Part shown: in pieces, positions 19,188 through 28,404 of the stretch
How the letters are laid out: the number at the start of each line of letters is the position of its first letter
Position numbering within the stretch: the first letter of the stretch is position 1
Assembly: GCA_965263355.1 (NCBI GenBank)
Contig: CBDHHL010000032.1
Coordinates: 3,168,001-3,232,000, forward strand
From: Leptolyngbyaceae cyanobacterium
GTDB lineage: Bacteria; Cyanobacteriota; Cyanobacteriia; Phormidesmidales; Phormidesmidaceae
Length of the DNA: 64,000 nucleotides
Reading direction: 5' to 3'
Translations under genes and position numbers: made by a program
Notes under the pieces: model-generated
The model's input: the letters and a program-made list of their open reading frames with translations, nothing else
Told to the model about the DNA's origin: nothing
Database searches by the model: none

Positions 19188-19454
19188 CTAAGCCTTCTGC
19201 GCAATGTGAAATGCTGATGTATAGGCAAGCATTAGTTTACCCTCAAACTCTTGATCGATAATAGTTGCCAGATCATTAAATAAGCGTTGTTGTGCGGTAC
19301 TTTCAAGGTCTAAATAGGGAGAATATGTGGTCAACAAGGTAAGAGGTCTAGCCTGGTTATAGGCTTGAGCTGCTCTTGAATACCAGGCCTTGCGTTGTTC
19401 TAACTGTCGATTTGCATAGCCGGAAATGATTTGTTTTAGGGTTGGCTTATGCAT
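19188..19454 (-). pseudogene. Internally deleted class I SAM-dependent methyltransferase remnant
   Basis: N-terminal RKAWYS.AA.AYN.ARP is joined directly to C-terminal LL.TYSPY..L...LF..L...AYTSAFHIAQK; no SAM-binding GxG motif. Confidence 0.6.
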
Positions 19455-19460
19455 GGCAAC

Positions 19461-19643
19461 TTATGGCAAGGATCCACCATCCCATTCATGGTTGGGGTCA
19501 GGATAAAAGGTGATGCCGCTGCCTTCGCCACCGCCACAGCGAATGGCCACTAGCCAACCGCCTGGGACCTTAGCCCGCCATGCGCCTAATCCGCCCACCG
19601 GTTGATTTTTGCAATTCAGCTTTTCCCAGATGAATTCAGGCAT
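19461..19643 (-). CDS. Small hypothetical protein
   Basis: 60 aa with a RAKVPGGWLV...ITFYPDP.HEW motif. Confidence 0.65.
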   Translation of the reverse strand: MPEFIWEKLNCKNQPVGGLGAWRAKVPGGWLVAIRCGGGEGSGITFYPDPNHEWDGGSLP

Positions 19644-19834
19644 CGTTTGGTTGCTCAGTAGGATTAATCATAGGATATGGTATCCCGGCTAAATAACGCA
19701 CTATCCAACGGCCTAGTTGGGATTGTAAGGCTTTGATTAGGGTGCGATCGCGCTCTGTCCAAACCCTTAGAATATCAAACACGCAGGGTTCTAAAATGCC
19801 ATAGAATTCACCAGTATGGTAAATGGGGGCGTGT

Positions 19835-21380
19835 CAGGGTAATTGCAGTTATTTAGTATAAATTGTACTTGACAGAAAGTATTAAATAGTGGGTCAGTGT
19901 GATCACCAAATGATTCTAAACCCAATGCTAATAACAAGTGTTAATATGCAGCTCAATTTAGAACCCATGCAACATGACCTCTTAACAGAATGATGTGAAG
20001 TTCTCTCAATCCAGATTCGTGTTGTGCTCAGCATTAACACACCAGAAACACTACACCTCAGCTTCAGTGTCAGCACTAGCCATGAGTAACGACAAAAGAT
20101 AATTATTATCCATGGCAGCCCGATACCGCTTTGTGTTGATACTACCTTTGCTAGAATCTCGTTTTATGAGATTGATGCACAAACGTCGAAGTAATCCTAT
20201 ATTCTCCGGTCCATGGTCTTTTCGAATTCGACTTTGGTCCTCTTTGAAGGTCACATCTAGAACCCAATGGAGACTATTTTCAATACTCCAATGGGACCGA
20301 ATCGATTGCCCAAAAACACTGGCATCTGATTCTAAACTGCTGATATAAAAGCAGATGTTTTCTTCTTCTTTGTTCGGTAGAATTCGTCTACGACGAACCA
20401 TCACAATACTCTTTAACCCTTTCCATTTCTGCACATTGGGGAGGTCTGGCACTTGCTCAATCGAGACAACCCACACCTGACGATGCTCAATGCGATCATG
20501 TCCTGCTTCAGTAGTATGCTCATAACTATAGTCAATGTCCTGCCATTCATTGGCTCGGGCCTGTTCAAAAAAATCTTTAACACCCTGATAGAGATTGTCT
20601 TGATTCGCCTTGAGCGCCAATATATAGTCCCCTCCACCCTGAATAATTTGCTCTGCAATGGCCGTTTGCGTCCCCATCGCATCGATGGTGATGATTGTTC
20701 CTTCTAAGGACAACATTTCAAGCAGCTCAGGAATGGCCGTAATCTCATTGGATTTGGTATCGACCCGTTGCTGAGCTAACACTAAGTGATGTTCTGATGC
20801 CCAGGCACTCACGCTATGGAGTGCTTTACCCCCCACCTTCCGATCCTTCGACCCCCGCAAGGTCTTGCCATCGATATGGATGACTTTGATCTGTAATTGG
20901 GTTGTTATTTGCTCTATCCAACCCAAGAAAAACTGATGAAACTGCTCTGGGTCGATCACTCTAAACACCCTTGAGAAAGTATCGTGCGACGGGATGCCAT
21001 GGGGCAATTCCAAAAACGTCGATAACCATTCCTGTTTTGCCTCACCATAGGTTTCGACCTCCGTCATCGTGTTGGACCCAGCTAAGGTCGCAAAGATGGC
21101 GATGGTGACGATATCAATCAGTAAATGGAGGGGGTTTCGTTTCGTACGAGGGTCATCTAGGTTCTTGATCTCATCAAGCATCGTGTGCTTGAGCGTTGGG
21201 GTGGGACTGGACTTGGATAGGGGCAACGATGGTGGACCAAACCCTTTTGACATAAAGCTAAACCCGTACTGGGATGGTTGAAGGACAAGTTTTGAAGCTA
21301 GCAAACTCCAAGCCCTATCCACCATTCAATCAGTACTAATTGTCAAGTACAATTTATACCAAATAGCTGCGATACCCCTG
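19835..21380 (-). mobile_element. ISAs1-family insertion sequence (1546 bp)
   Basis: Terminal IRs starting CAGGG: 19835-19874 versus the reverse complement of 21341-21380 match at 35/40; contains a transposase. Confidence 0.9.
20051..21325 (-). CDS. ISAs1-family DDE transposase (likely start ATG 21253)
   Basis: GIPSHDTF.RVF, IDGKTLRGS, KSNEITAIP, TIDAMG, LALK.NQ, R.HW.IENSLHWVLDV.F.ED. Confidence 0.95.
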   Translation of the reverse strand: MVDRAWSLLASKLVLQPSQYGFSFMSKGFGPPSLPLSKSSPTPTLKHTMLDEIKNLDDPRTKRNPLHLLIDIVTIAIFATLAGSNTMTEVETYGEAKQEWLSTFLELPHGIPSHDTFSRVFRVIDPEQFHQFFLGWIEQITTQLQIKVIHIDGKTLRGSKDRKVGGKALHSVSAWASEHHLVLAQQRVDTKSNEITAIPELLEMLSLEGTIITIDAMGTQTAIAEQIIQGGGDYILALKANQDNLYQGVKDFFEQARANEWQDIDYSYEHTTEAGHDRIEHRQVWVVSIEQVPDLPNVQKWKGLKSIVMVRRRRILPNKEEENICFYISSLESDASVFGQSIRSHWSIENSLHWVLDVTFKEDQSRIRKDHGPENIGLLRRLCINLIKRDSSKGSINTKRYRAAMDNNYLLSLLMASADTEAEV

Positions 21381-21603
21381 CCTGCAGGGCAGATGTGCGA
21401 GTATTTTTAAGAGTAGCCTCTTCCTCCAGATTCACCAGACTCAAAACCACCCGATTGTCCAGCTCGGTAGCGATCTCAGAGACATCTAACTGCGCAATGT
21501 TGCCCATAACAACGGCATCAGCAGTCCCCAGCGACTCCCCATCTTGCTGGCGCAAGTACTGGTTCAGTTGAGCTAATAAAAGAGAAAGTGCGTTATAAAT
21601 CAT
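21381..21603 (-). pseudogene. 5' fragment of a DUF4255/Pvc16(Afp16)-like gene truncated by ISAs1
   Basis: MI..AL..L...LNQYL...VV.GNIA...VVLSLVNLEEEATLKN matches the DUF4255 N-terminus as I recall it; the frame runs into the IS IR after about 74 codons. Confidence 0.7.
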
Positions 21604-22175
21604 AAACGTCGACGGCGTTGAAAGGCCTCAAACATTTCCTGGCGTCTCAATATCAAGCCCCAGAATCAAAATTAGAAAAGTCAATCCACGTTGGCAAATT
21701 TGCCAAAATGAACCTCCAAATCGATGTAGAAAATCGGCTAATCACAAACCCGAGGGATAATTGGGAAGAAAGACGATTTGTTAGGAAAATAACAATTTAT
21801 AATTAATTCCTGAAAAGAGAAATTTCAAAAACCCATTTGACTATCTCATCAAATAGCTAAACTCTAATTTTTTCAGGAAGATAAAAACACCCCAATTGAC
21901 TGTGGGAGTAAGATTATCATAGATAACCCTAATCTCAGGTGTCTAGAATCAACATGCACTAAATGTGACTCCTGGATAACACACCAAAATGCTACACGCT
22001 CAGTAAAGCTAAGTTGCCTTTTAAGTCGCTTCTTGTCATTTTTGTTAACATTTTAACTTGTGTTGATATCGTTAAAACTTTCTAAAGAGTCATTGGTAAA
22101 CAGATCTCTGTCAAACTTTAATTTGCTCGAAAATTAAAATAGGGGCGAATGGTTTCGATCTTGTCTAAAAATAAA

Positions 22176-22193
22176 AGTACCCTCATGGGTACT
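22176..22193. promoter_or_regulatory. Palindromic operator-like site AGTACCC-N4-GGGTACT
   Basis: Perfect 7-bp arms in the roughly 1-kb divergent intergenic region. Confidence 0.4.
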
Positions 22194-22643
22194 GTCAAAA
22201 TCCTGTATTCAAGGATTTAATCAATAAACAAAGTTGATCGCGCTAAGTTAAGTCCAATTAATTGGGCGTAATTATTGTGTTTAGTCGATCAACATGTATG
22301 GCTTGGTAGTGCTGTTAAGGGCAGGGTAGAGAAAAGTAACGTTACTCACTATCCCTGAAAAGTAAGGGTTTCAGGTGAATTGTATTATTCTCTAGCCTTC
22401 TCTGGGCCTTCTGAAATAGACTGTCGGAAGACCTAACTTATAAATTTCATAAAACAACTCACTCAACTTCAATTGAATAAAAGTTGAGGCACCTGAACCA
22501 CTGGTTAACGTGCTCGACGTTTGAGGCTTTCCTAAAAGACTTTTTTGTTGCCAACTTAATAGGTCTGGTCAGCGAGTTTATATGGCGTTTAAGTGTTCAG
22601 CATAGGTTCGATATAACAAAGATATTAAGGAGAAAGAGTGCAA

Positions 22644-23975
22644 ATGAATATCTACCAAGAGTTATGGACGATTGATCTTGAGCATAATGGTTGTTCGGTT
22701 AGTGCAAAAGACAAAGATGGTAACTGGATTTTACCCAGTGCTGACATTCTGATTGATGAGCAAAAAGAAGCCACTCAAACTGATCAGGCCCCTGACCCTC
22801 TTTTTGCCTATGTAAACCCAGCTAAATTAGATTTACCAAGCTATCAAGCGCTCATCGCGTTGCTCAACAATTACGTAGTGAATGTTCGCCTGAGCGAAGA
22901 CCATCTGGGTGACAATCAGGTTGAAGATGGTGAAATCGAGACGTTCCTAGATACCATACTTGAAACTGATGTCATGAAACGGGCCCAGAAGCATATGCGT
23001 GAAACCCTAGCTTTTAAGGAAGCCGCAGATAATCTGAAAACCGAGTTAAAACGCATCTGGTTTGAGCTATACACCAATCACTTCAATCGTATAGCTGTCC
23101 CCTTTGCCTCAGGCTTTGAGCATGTGTTTGTTGGTGAGGGTAAGCGCAGAGGTAATGGCATTGGTGGGTACCATTCATGGATTAAATACTACCTTGACGA
23201 AAAAAATGACCGTGTTGATTTTCAAGGCTTCAACTATGATGGTAACTTTAATCGCCAAAGTCTAGCAGGCAGTACCGTTCCGATGGTTGCCACTATCAAA
23301 ATGCAATGGACCCCTTTGGATATCTTTGGTGCCCCTATTGGCCTTTTGGAGAAAGACATGGGTGGCTTCTTTGTTGGCCCAAGCCCTGAATTACAAATTG
23401 CATTGGGTACTGTAGCCTTTTATGAAAGTAAAGCAAATCTGTTTGATCGGGCTTCAGGTAACGAGAAAAAGGTTGAGATCATGAATGGGCTCTTCCATTT
23501 GGTTATGTACCGTAGTACCACGGTAGATCAACAAAGAGGAGATCATATTCGTTCATTCTTTCCTAAATTCAAGGCACCCTTGCAAGGTACAGGCACTGAT
23601 GTTGTTATACCAGTTGAGGGAGATCGCGATGATACTATTAATAGTGGTATTATCCGAATTGTGAAAGCACTAGTGAACCCTGAGGGATCGGACATGGGAC
23701 GAGAATGGGTTGAAATAGAGAATAATTCGGACTCTATCATTGACCTGAACGGCTGGACAATTGCTGACAAACTAGATCGTCGTGAGCCTGTTTTAGGTCA
23801 AATAGAACCAGGGAAAACAAGACGTATCATGATGACAAGACGCACTCATGACAATGCCCAGCTTGGGAATAGTGGGGGGGTGATCAAGGTTTATAATTCT
23901 AGCGATGACCTGGTTGCTCAAGTCAGCTATGGTAAAGTCGCATCTGGTGCAACATTGTTTTTTGTTGAGGCATAG
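22644..23975 (+). CDS. XendoU/EndoU-family endoribonuclease fused to a C-terminal lamin-tail domain
   Basis: SGFEHVFVGE, GGYHSW..YY..EK, K..GGFFVG.SPE..IAL.T EndoU motifs; I..ALVNP.G.D.GREWVEI.N...IDL.GW.I.D and LGNSGG.I LTD motifs; AGGAG SD upstream (start could also be GTG 22638). Confidence 0.85.
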   Translation: MNIYQELWTIDLEHNGCSVSAKDKDGNWILPSADILIDEQKEATQTDQAPDPLFAYVNPAKLDLPSYQALIALLNNYVVNVRLSEDHLGDNQVEDGEIETFLDTILETDVMKRAQKHMRETLAFKEAADNLKTELKRIWFELYTNHFNRIAVPFASGFEHVFVGEGKRRGNGIGGYHSWIKYYLDEKNDRVDFQGFNYDGNFNRQSLAGSTVPMVATIKMQWTPLDIFGAPIGLLEKDMGGFFVGPSPELQIALGTVAFYESKANLFDRASGNEKKVEIMNGLFHLVMYRSTTVDQQRGDHIRSFFPKFKAPLQGTGTDVVIPVEGDRDDTINSGIIRIVKALVNPEGSDMGREWVEIENNSDSIIDLNGWTIADKLDRREPVLGQIEPGKTRRIMMTRRTHDNAQLGNSGGVIKVYNSSDDLVAQVSYGKVASGATLFFVEA

Positions 23976-24108
23976 GCTATCAAACAAAAGATAGTCTCGA
24001 ATGACTCTTGGGTCATCGAGCTGGCTGCTTGGCTGGATACTAATAAATCCAAAAAAGTCGAAAATATGGCTTGAGCAAGCCTAGAGGGTTTTATCGAGCC
24101 ATTCTTTG

Positions 24109-25263
24109 CTACCTTATCTCTCCTACAGTCACTAAATACAGTGCCGCTTCTTCTTCGCCGTCAACTTCCAATAGTTCGTTAAGTGGATCGTCAAAGAACG
24201 CGCCAATGCCGCATACACCTAAACCCAGGGCGGTAGCGGCCAAATATAAGTTTTGACCTAAGTGCCCGGCTTCCATCAGCACATAACGGTACGTGCGCTC
24301 ATGATACTTCCAGCGCGTTCGTTGAAAAATACCTGAGACAACAAAACAAACCTGTGCTTCTCCTAGAAAATCCTGATTTAGCCCTGCCGTAATTAATGGT
24401 TGCCGGAGGTCTCCTGCTTTTACCAGTTCTAGCTGGTGATTTTGCACAGCATGGTGATATAGGCCAGGTTCTAACCCATCTACGCGATGCACAATGGGAT
24501 AAATTTCTAACGGATACAGAGCGCCAGATGACGGTACTGTGCGAAACTCTCGCTCATCCCAGGTGATGCCTTGTGCCAGATACAGTAGCCTTGAAAGGTG
24601 TTCCAGAGATAATGTGCTTTGGGTGTTATAGCGACGGCGTGAACGACGGGTAGTCATCGCTGTTGCTACGTTCAATCTAGTGATGGGAGAAGTCTCTGAC
24701 GGGTCAACCTTAGGCAGCTCAATCTGTTGACTATGGGGATAGGTTTTGTAACGTGGTGGCTCCTGGCCCCAGTTGAGAATAGTGGCAATGGTTTCGCCAT
24801 ACCCCGGCTGGCTCCACTTATGATATAACAACCCTACATCTTGATTCACGTCTGCCAGACTAATGGTTTGTTGCGGTGTGACAAATCGCTCAAATCCGAT
24901 ACCGGTAGCAATAGCCAAAAGAAACAGCAACAGATTCCGCCGTCCCTTAGGTGCAGGTGTGACAGATTGGGATAGCTCGGTGGGCTGGGCTATTTCTGGT
25001 GGTGGGCTAGCGCTTTTAGTCGATGATAGTTTGCCAGAACGGTCTCGAAAGCGATTCCGGATAAATGCTTTCACCCGCGCCCAGGTTTGGATTAAATGCG
25101 TAATTGCTAGCCCCATCCACAGGTAACCTACCTGACTATGAAAGCCAAAGTGATGTAACCCCATGGCATCTGCAATTAACCCGGTGATAAAAACATAGAC
25201 GCTGCTCCCCACTAGCAGGGTAATGACGACGTAGTCAAGATCGCGCCGTTTTACTATTGCCAT
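24109..25263 (-). CDS. SagB/ThcOx-type nitroreductase-fold FMN oxidoreductase with an N-terminal membrane domain
   Basis: RRS.R.Y, R..PS.GALYPLEIY, KY.ER.YRY..MEAGH..QN.YL.A..LGLG. Confidence 0.85.
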   Translation of the reverse strand: MAIVKRRDLDYVVITLLVGSSVYVFITGLIADAMGLHHFGFHSQVGYLWMGLAITHLIQTWARVKAFIRNRFRDRSGKLSSTKSASPPPEIAQPTELSQSVTPAPKGRRNLLLFLLAIATGIGFERFVTPQQTISLADVNQDVGLLYHKWSQPGYGETIATILNWGQEPPRYKTYPHSQQIELPKVDPSETSPITRLNVATAMTTRRSRRRYNTQSTLSLEHLSRLLYLAQGITWDEREFRTVPSSGALYPLEIYPIVHRVDGLEPGLYHHAVQNHQLELVKAGDLRQPLITAGLNQDFLGEAQVCFVVSGIFQRTRWKYHERTYRYVLMEAGHLGQNLYLAATALGLGVCGIGAFFDDPLNELLEVDGEEEAALYLVTVGEIR

Positions 25264-25403
25264 AGGCCCTCACAAAGCGATCATCCAATAGCATTTTGCT
25301 CTGACATTTCCACAGTGTCATTAAATACCTGACAGTTGGCATCAAGTTTTCCAGTAGCCAGTGCATTTAAGGCGTCATAGTAGTCATCAAACCATTCCAG
25401 TAC

Positions 25404-25433
25404 TTAGAAAGTATCGAATTAGAAAGTATCGAA
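25404..25433 (+). repeat. Perfect 15-bp tandem duplication (TTAGAAAGTATCGAA x2)
   Basis: Read directly from the sequence. Confidence 0.85.
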
Positions 25434-25699
25434 AAAAGCTGAGAGTACTCTGAGGTTTGCTTTAGTAAACACTGATCTCGTTGAACCTGTTCGAGGTATA
25501 GACTGTTGTTTGAAAGATGAGTAAATTCTCACTTTTCTATCGGTGATATTTTAATCTTGTCTATCAGCCTGAATGGCAGCACAGTGTTCGAATGCGCTTG
25601 AATGCATTATGGCTTAAGGCTGTTAATCCTTAAGTGACTGAGCTGAGCTCCCTTATGTTGGGATCTTTACTGATTGGTACGGTTCGGACTGTTAGACGT

Positions 25700-27019
25700 T
25701 TATCCCTCATCTCTGGGGCAGACTGCGCTTTTTGGGGTCACTAGCACCTTATCTACCCGATTGCCATCCATATCCATGACTTCCACAATGAAGTCATTCC
25801 ATTCGAAATGATCGGTAGCTTTGGGAATACGCCCGAGTTGATGAATGACGAGTCCACCAAGGGTGTAATAACTGGCTGTCTTATCGGAGAATTCTTTCAG
25901 GCCCAGGCAGCTGTAAACATCATCAATATTCATCATGCCGCCCAAGAGCCATGAACCATCGTCTCGTTGCCGTGGCTTGTCGCTGGGTTCATCTAGGGAG
26001 GGTGCATCCCCTACTAAGGCTTCGAGGATATCCCATAGGGTGACTAATCCCTGGATAATGCCATATTCATCTACGACCAATGCTGTGTGTACCCGTGAGC
26101 GTTTAAACTGTTCTAGTAGGGGGAGCGATCGCGATATTTCTGGAATCACTAACGGCTGCTCTAAATCTACCGTCAGATCTAAAGGATCGTCATTGAGTGC
26201 CCGATTCAGTAAAGAATTAACGCTAACCAGGCCTAAAATATTATCTAAACTGCTCTGACATACGGGGAGTCGTCGGTAGCGACTGGCAATGATTTTTCGT
26301 TGATTTTCGGTGGCGGTATCTTCTAAGTCGAGCCAGATAATTTCAGGGCGTGGGGTCATAATCGAGGTTACTTGGCGGTCCCCCAGGCGAAAAACCCGCT
26401 CCATAATTTCCTGCTCAGCCACTTCTAAGGTGCCTTCTTCGGTGCCCTGTTGGATAAAGGCCCGGATTTCTGCCTCAGTGACACTGGGGCCATCGTCAGC
26501 CTGAATGTTGAGCAGTTGTACTACGAGATTTGTGGAAAAGCTCAGGAGGGCGACGATGGGTGCAGCCAGCTTGGAAAGCATGGCCATGGGTTGGGCGATG
26601 ACCTTGGCAATGGCTTCAGGCATAGTCAGGGCCAGTTGCTTTGGTACCAGTTCGCCTAAAATCAAAGATAGGTAGGTAATAATCGCTACCACCAGTGGAA
26701 ATGCCAGGGTGTTGGCATAGGCGGCTAGACCCGGAATTTTACCGAGTAAGCCAGCTACCGGTTCTGATAGGGCCGAGCCCCCAAAGGCACCGCTGACAAT
26801 GCTGATCAGGGTAATGCCTACCTGCACCGTAGAGAAAAAGTTATCGGGGCGTTTGGCTAATTTGAGGGCGGCCTGGGCGTTGCGATCGCCCCTACGAGCC
26901 GCCTGTTCTAAACGGACCTTGCGAGCCGACACCACGGCCAGTTCCGACATAGCAAATACGCCGTTGGCAATAATCAATGCCAAGATAATCAAGATTTTGG
27001 TGAGCATAGACCCAAGCAA
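25700..27019 (-). CDS. Hemolysin/CNNM family protein (DUF21-CBS-CorC)
   Basis: NGVFAMSELA, STVQVGIT, GELVPK, IMTPR, VVDEYG, TLGG...LGRIP. Confidence 0.92.
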   Translation of the reverse strand: MLGSMLTKILIILALIIANGVFAMSELAVVSARKVRLEQAARRGDRNAQAALKLAKRPDNFFSTVQVGITLISIVSGAFGGSALSEPVAGLLGKIPGLAAYANTLAFPLVVAIITYLSLILGELVPKQLALTMPEAIAKVIAQPMAMLSKLAAPIVALLSFSTNLVVQLLNIQADDGPSVTEAEIRAFIQQGTEEGTLEVAEQEIMERVFRLGDRQVTSIMTPRPEIIWLDLEDTATENQRKIIASRYRRLPVCQSSLDNILGLVSVNSLLNRALNDDPLDLTVDLEQPLVIPEISRSLPLLEQFKRSRVHTALVVDEYGIIQGLVTLWDILEALVGDAPSLDEPSDKPRQRDDGSWLLGGMMNIDDVYSCLGLKEFSDKTASYYTLGGLVIHQLGRIPKATDHFEWNDFIVEVMDMDGNRVDKVLVTPKSAVCPRDEG

Positions 27020-27081
27020 ACAGCGGAATCTTTATCCTACTATCAGTGCGTTTTCTTGCTTGTGATCAAAATGTCTCAGCG

Positions 27082-27447
27082 TTATTCATCTAAGTCTTTG
27101 CCAATCATTAGACGATGCCCATCAATGGTACGCAAGCCAAACTCGCGCATTCCCCAGGGCTCATCCCGTAGCGGTTTAATAATTTCTACATCCTGGGCCA
27201 TAACCTTGCTGTACTCGGTATCCACATCGTCCACAACAAAATATGCAAAGTAAGAATGATCCCCCAGGTCTTGTGGAGGAATAGCATCGGGACATTCTCC
27301 AGCCATAATGCGGCAGTTATCGCGGACATACATACGCCAGCCAGGATCACCCATATCTTCGATGGTGAAGCCCAGCACATCGCGGTAGAAGGCCGCTGAT
27401 ATGTTCAGATTAGGAACGGCTAATACATAAAGAGTGCGTTGAATCAT
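27082..27447 (-). CDS. VOC/glyoxalase-bleomycin resistance family protein
   Basis: FYRDVLGF; PWGMREF..R..DG. Confidence 0.88.
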   Translation of the reverse strand: MIQRTLYVLAVPNLNISAAFYRDVLGFTIEDMGDPGWRMYVRDNCRIMAGECPDAIPPQDLGDHSYFAYFVVDDVDTEYSKVMAQDVEIIKPLRDEPWGMREFGLRTIDGHRLMIGKDLDE

Positions 27448-27597
27448 TGCAACATAACAATGTGCTACTACGCTAATTGTAGTAGTCCATTATCAACTTA
27501 ATGTCACGTAAATAGGCTATCGTTTCCGTCATCCCTAAGTAGGTGGTCCCAACTAGCTATCAGAGTGAACTCAGTCGAACCGGCTGAGTCGCAGAGG

Positions 27598-27816
27598 TTA
27601 AACAGCTTGTTTGCATTTTATAACGGATCTACTCAAAAGGATGCCATCGCCAGCATTTATACGGAGAGTGTCATTACCCTCTTGACCGGTCAGTTTAGTT
27701 TGGTCTTCATTACTAAAGAGTATGTTGTCTTCAGCATTGCCAAAAATTTCTTCAAGCTCTTCTAATAGTGTCTGTTCAATAGTAAGAGTAAATGATGTTT
27801 TTCCTCGATTGTTCAT
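27598..27816 (-). pseudogene. Possible remnant of an RTX-type Ca-binding repeat protein
   Basis: L.GQEGNDTL nonapeptide-like motif in a short ORF. Confidence 0.3.
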
Positions 27817-28014
27817 GTATTTCTCGACTGATAGCAGTTGTGATTGCCTGGTTCAAGGCCTAGGATGATCCTATGGATTATTGAACGAAAGGTAATCGGT
27901 GATAGTTACTTAACTCATATGAGGAGAAAATGAAGCTAATCAAATAACCTTCAAAAGGTAATATCACTGACTCAACAACAACTGCTAGGGCGATATAGAA
28001 TTGGTGACTATGAA

Positions 28015-28404
28015 CTACAGCCCCATAAAATCTTTGAGAGCAAGTTTATGACGGTTTTTTAGGCGTTTGGAGGCAAGGCCACCGACCTGAATCTGTTTGA
28101 CTATGGTGTTTGAACATTGTCCCTTAGCGGTTCGATTGCCCGTTGGCATTAGCTTAGCTAGATCCCTTGCCGTTAGTTCTCGGGCAAACCGATAATTGAC
28201 CACCGATTCATGGATAATGAAGTCTGGTACGTCAGGGCCTGGTTTTAGAATACAGACGGTTTCTGATTTGGGTTGACGGCTATTGATGCTGACAAATAGA
28301 TGTCGAGTTTTGCTGGTTTTTGCGATCGCAACATATAAATGCTTCCCTTTCGGCGGTGTTTTGATCAAAAAAGCATCGCCAAGACGAATAGAGAGGCTAG
28401 TCAT
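28015..28404 (-). CDS. Putative toxin (possibly PemK/MazF-like) cognate to the Panacea antitoxin
   Basis: Basic ORF of about 129 aa whose ATG overlaps the antitoxin stop (ATGACTAG); GDAF...HL.V.....V.I.S...C.L......FI.H.S.V.Y pattern. Confidence 0.5.
   Translation of the reverse strand: MTSLSIRLGDAFLIKTPPKGKHLYVAIAKTSKTRHLFVSINSRQPKSETVCILKPGPDVPDFIIHESVVNYRFARELTARDLAKLMPTGNRTAKGQCSNTIVKQIQVGGLASKRLKNRHKLALKDFMGL

Noticed and set aside
21618..22675. Short ORFs 21618-21806 and 22484-22675, or an ncRNA, in the long intergenic region
   Set aside because: No motifs or convincing SD, and no RNA family recognisable by eye; an Rfam search would be needed to exclude one
24109..25263. TOMM/cyanobactin RiPP cluster
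   Set aside because: No YcaO cyclodehydratase, protease or precursor peptide adjacent
27448..27490. Second attC site upstream of the VOC gene (GTTATGT just before the ATG on the minus strand)
   Set aside because: Only a partial core; no matching opposite box or stem found
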